A stretch of DNA of 63,316 nt, filler included, from Nemertoderma westbladi (Eukaryota; Animalia; Xenacoelomorpha), in NCBI GenBank assembly GCA_032718475.1. It is 4 parts of 4 records of this genome, joined end to end, with 100 filler letters (N's around TTAATTAATTAA, not from the genome) between each part and the next. Parts side by side here need not be neighbours in the genome. Positions count along the whole stretch, not along the records: positions 56,234 to 63,316 come from JAUCBJ010005267.1; 3 more parts are not named here. The stretch is one strand, 5' to 3'. Made by a program: the position numbers and the translations under genes. Of the stretch, positions 62,455-63,316 are shown in pieces. Position 1 is the first letter of the stretch. Each line of letters begins with the position of its first letter. The notes beneath the pieces were generated by a model that was not told where the DNA came from, searched no databases, and saw nothing but the letters and a program-made list of their open reading frames with translations.

Positions 62455-63316
62455 GGGCGCTCGACCCATGGAGAATCAACAGACGCTGCCTTTTCTCAGG
62501 TGGAAAGCGAGGTTACATTAGAGAAACCTCAGAAGAAGGACGCTATTGACATCTATCTGTCGGACAATCAACGATATATAGGAGACGAAGTTGAGGAGAC
62601 GGCTGGCTGGACTTCGCCCTAATAGTGAAGGAGCCAAGTTTGTGTTGGACGCATTAGATGCGGAAATGTTAGCTGTGAACCAAGCTAAATTTGATGAAAG
62701 CAGCCGCATCGCTAGGGTCCAAGAAGAACAAGTAAAGAAAAAACGTATAGAAGACAGAAAGACAGCAGCAGCGGCAGCGGCAGAAGCGGAAAGAAAGGCA
62801 GCAGAAGTGGAAAGGAAAGCGGCAATGGCAGCGGCAGAAGCGGAAAGAAAAGCGGCCGAAGCGGAAAGAAAAGTGGCCGAAGTGGAAAGAAAAGCAGCAG
62901 TGGCAGCGGCAGAAGCAGAAAGAAAAGCCGCCGAAGTGGAAAGAGAAGCGGCAGTGGCAACGGCAGAAGCGAAAAGAAAAGCGGCAGAAGCGGAAAGAAA
63001 GGTAGCAGTGGCAGAAGCAGAACGGAGGGCGTCTGAAGAGACCACCCAACTAGAGTTGGAAAATCTGCAAGAGAAGCAAGACTACATAGATAAACAGAGA
63101 ACAGCTACTCAGTGGCAGATGATAAGTCGATCCACCCCCAAGCGACAGGGCTTTACATCATCGGATGAAGGTGATACAACAGATCCTGAAGGCGGAGGAA
63201 ATAGATCTCGTCCCAGCAGGCGTAGAAGAATGCCCCATCGGATGAAGGTGATACAACAGATCCTGAAGGCGGAGGAAATAGATCTCGTCCCAGCAGGCGT
63301 AGAAGAATGCCCCACC
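62455..63316 (+). mobile_element. Second, frameshifted copy of the BEL gag N-terminal region
   Basis: Homologous to about 41995-42600 (DAIDIYLSD, GLRPNSEG, TTQLELENLQE, DPEGGGNRSR); 2-nt deletion near 62590. Confidence 0.85.

Overview
AT-rich, repeat-dense eukaryotic (animal-like) genomic DNA. It consists of four contigs (1-18730, 18831-48034, 48135-56133, 56234-63316) joined by 100-bp N spacers that each carry a TTAATTAATTAA linker, so adjacency across the gaps is not guaranteed. Two host genes are recognisable. One is a complete 4-exon Flower/CACFD1 homolog (849-11517, +, 177 aa; the ORF track shows only fragments). The other is the last coding exon of a DNAJA3/Tid1 homolog (48608-49317, +). 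There is also an intronless multi-pass membrane ORF with DUF2306-like His motifs (25935-26636). Nearly everything else is mobile DNA. It includes two tandem RTE LINE copies inside Flower intron 3, an RTEX-like LINE, BEL/Pao gag-protease and pol remnants, and a hAT transposase remnant. An 8.4-kb CACTG (EnSpm/CMC-like) element holds a deeply nested stack of TIR elements. There are Tc1-, piggyBac- and Helentron-like non-autonomous elements, several minisatellites and a 315-bp satellite. The most unusual features are: (1) a decayed Zn-finger + tyrosine-recombinase + Myb-like gene (21787-24904) lying upstream of a CACAG-type terminus and the membrane ORF; (2) a satellite carrying periodic CTCF-like motifs; (3) pervasive TA-NNN-TA transposon-footprint-like words, one of them amplified within a minisatellite. 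All family assignments come from motif recognition by eye; no database search was run.
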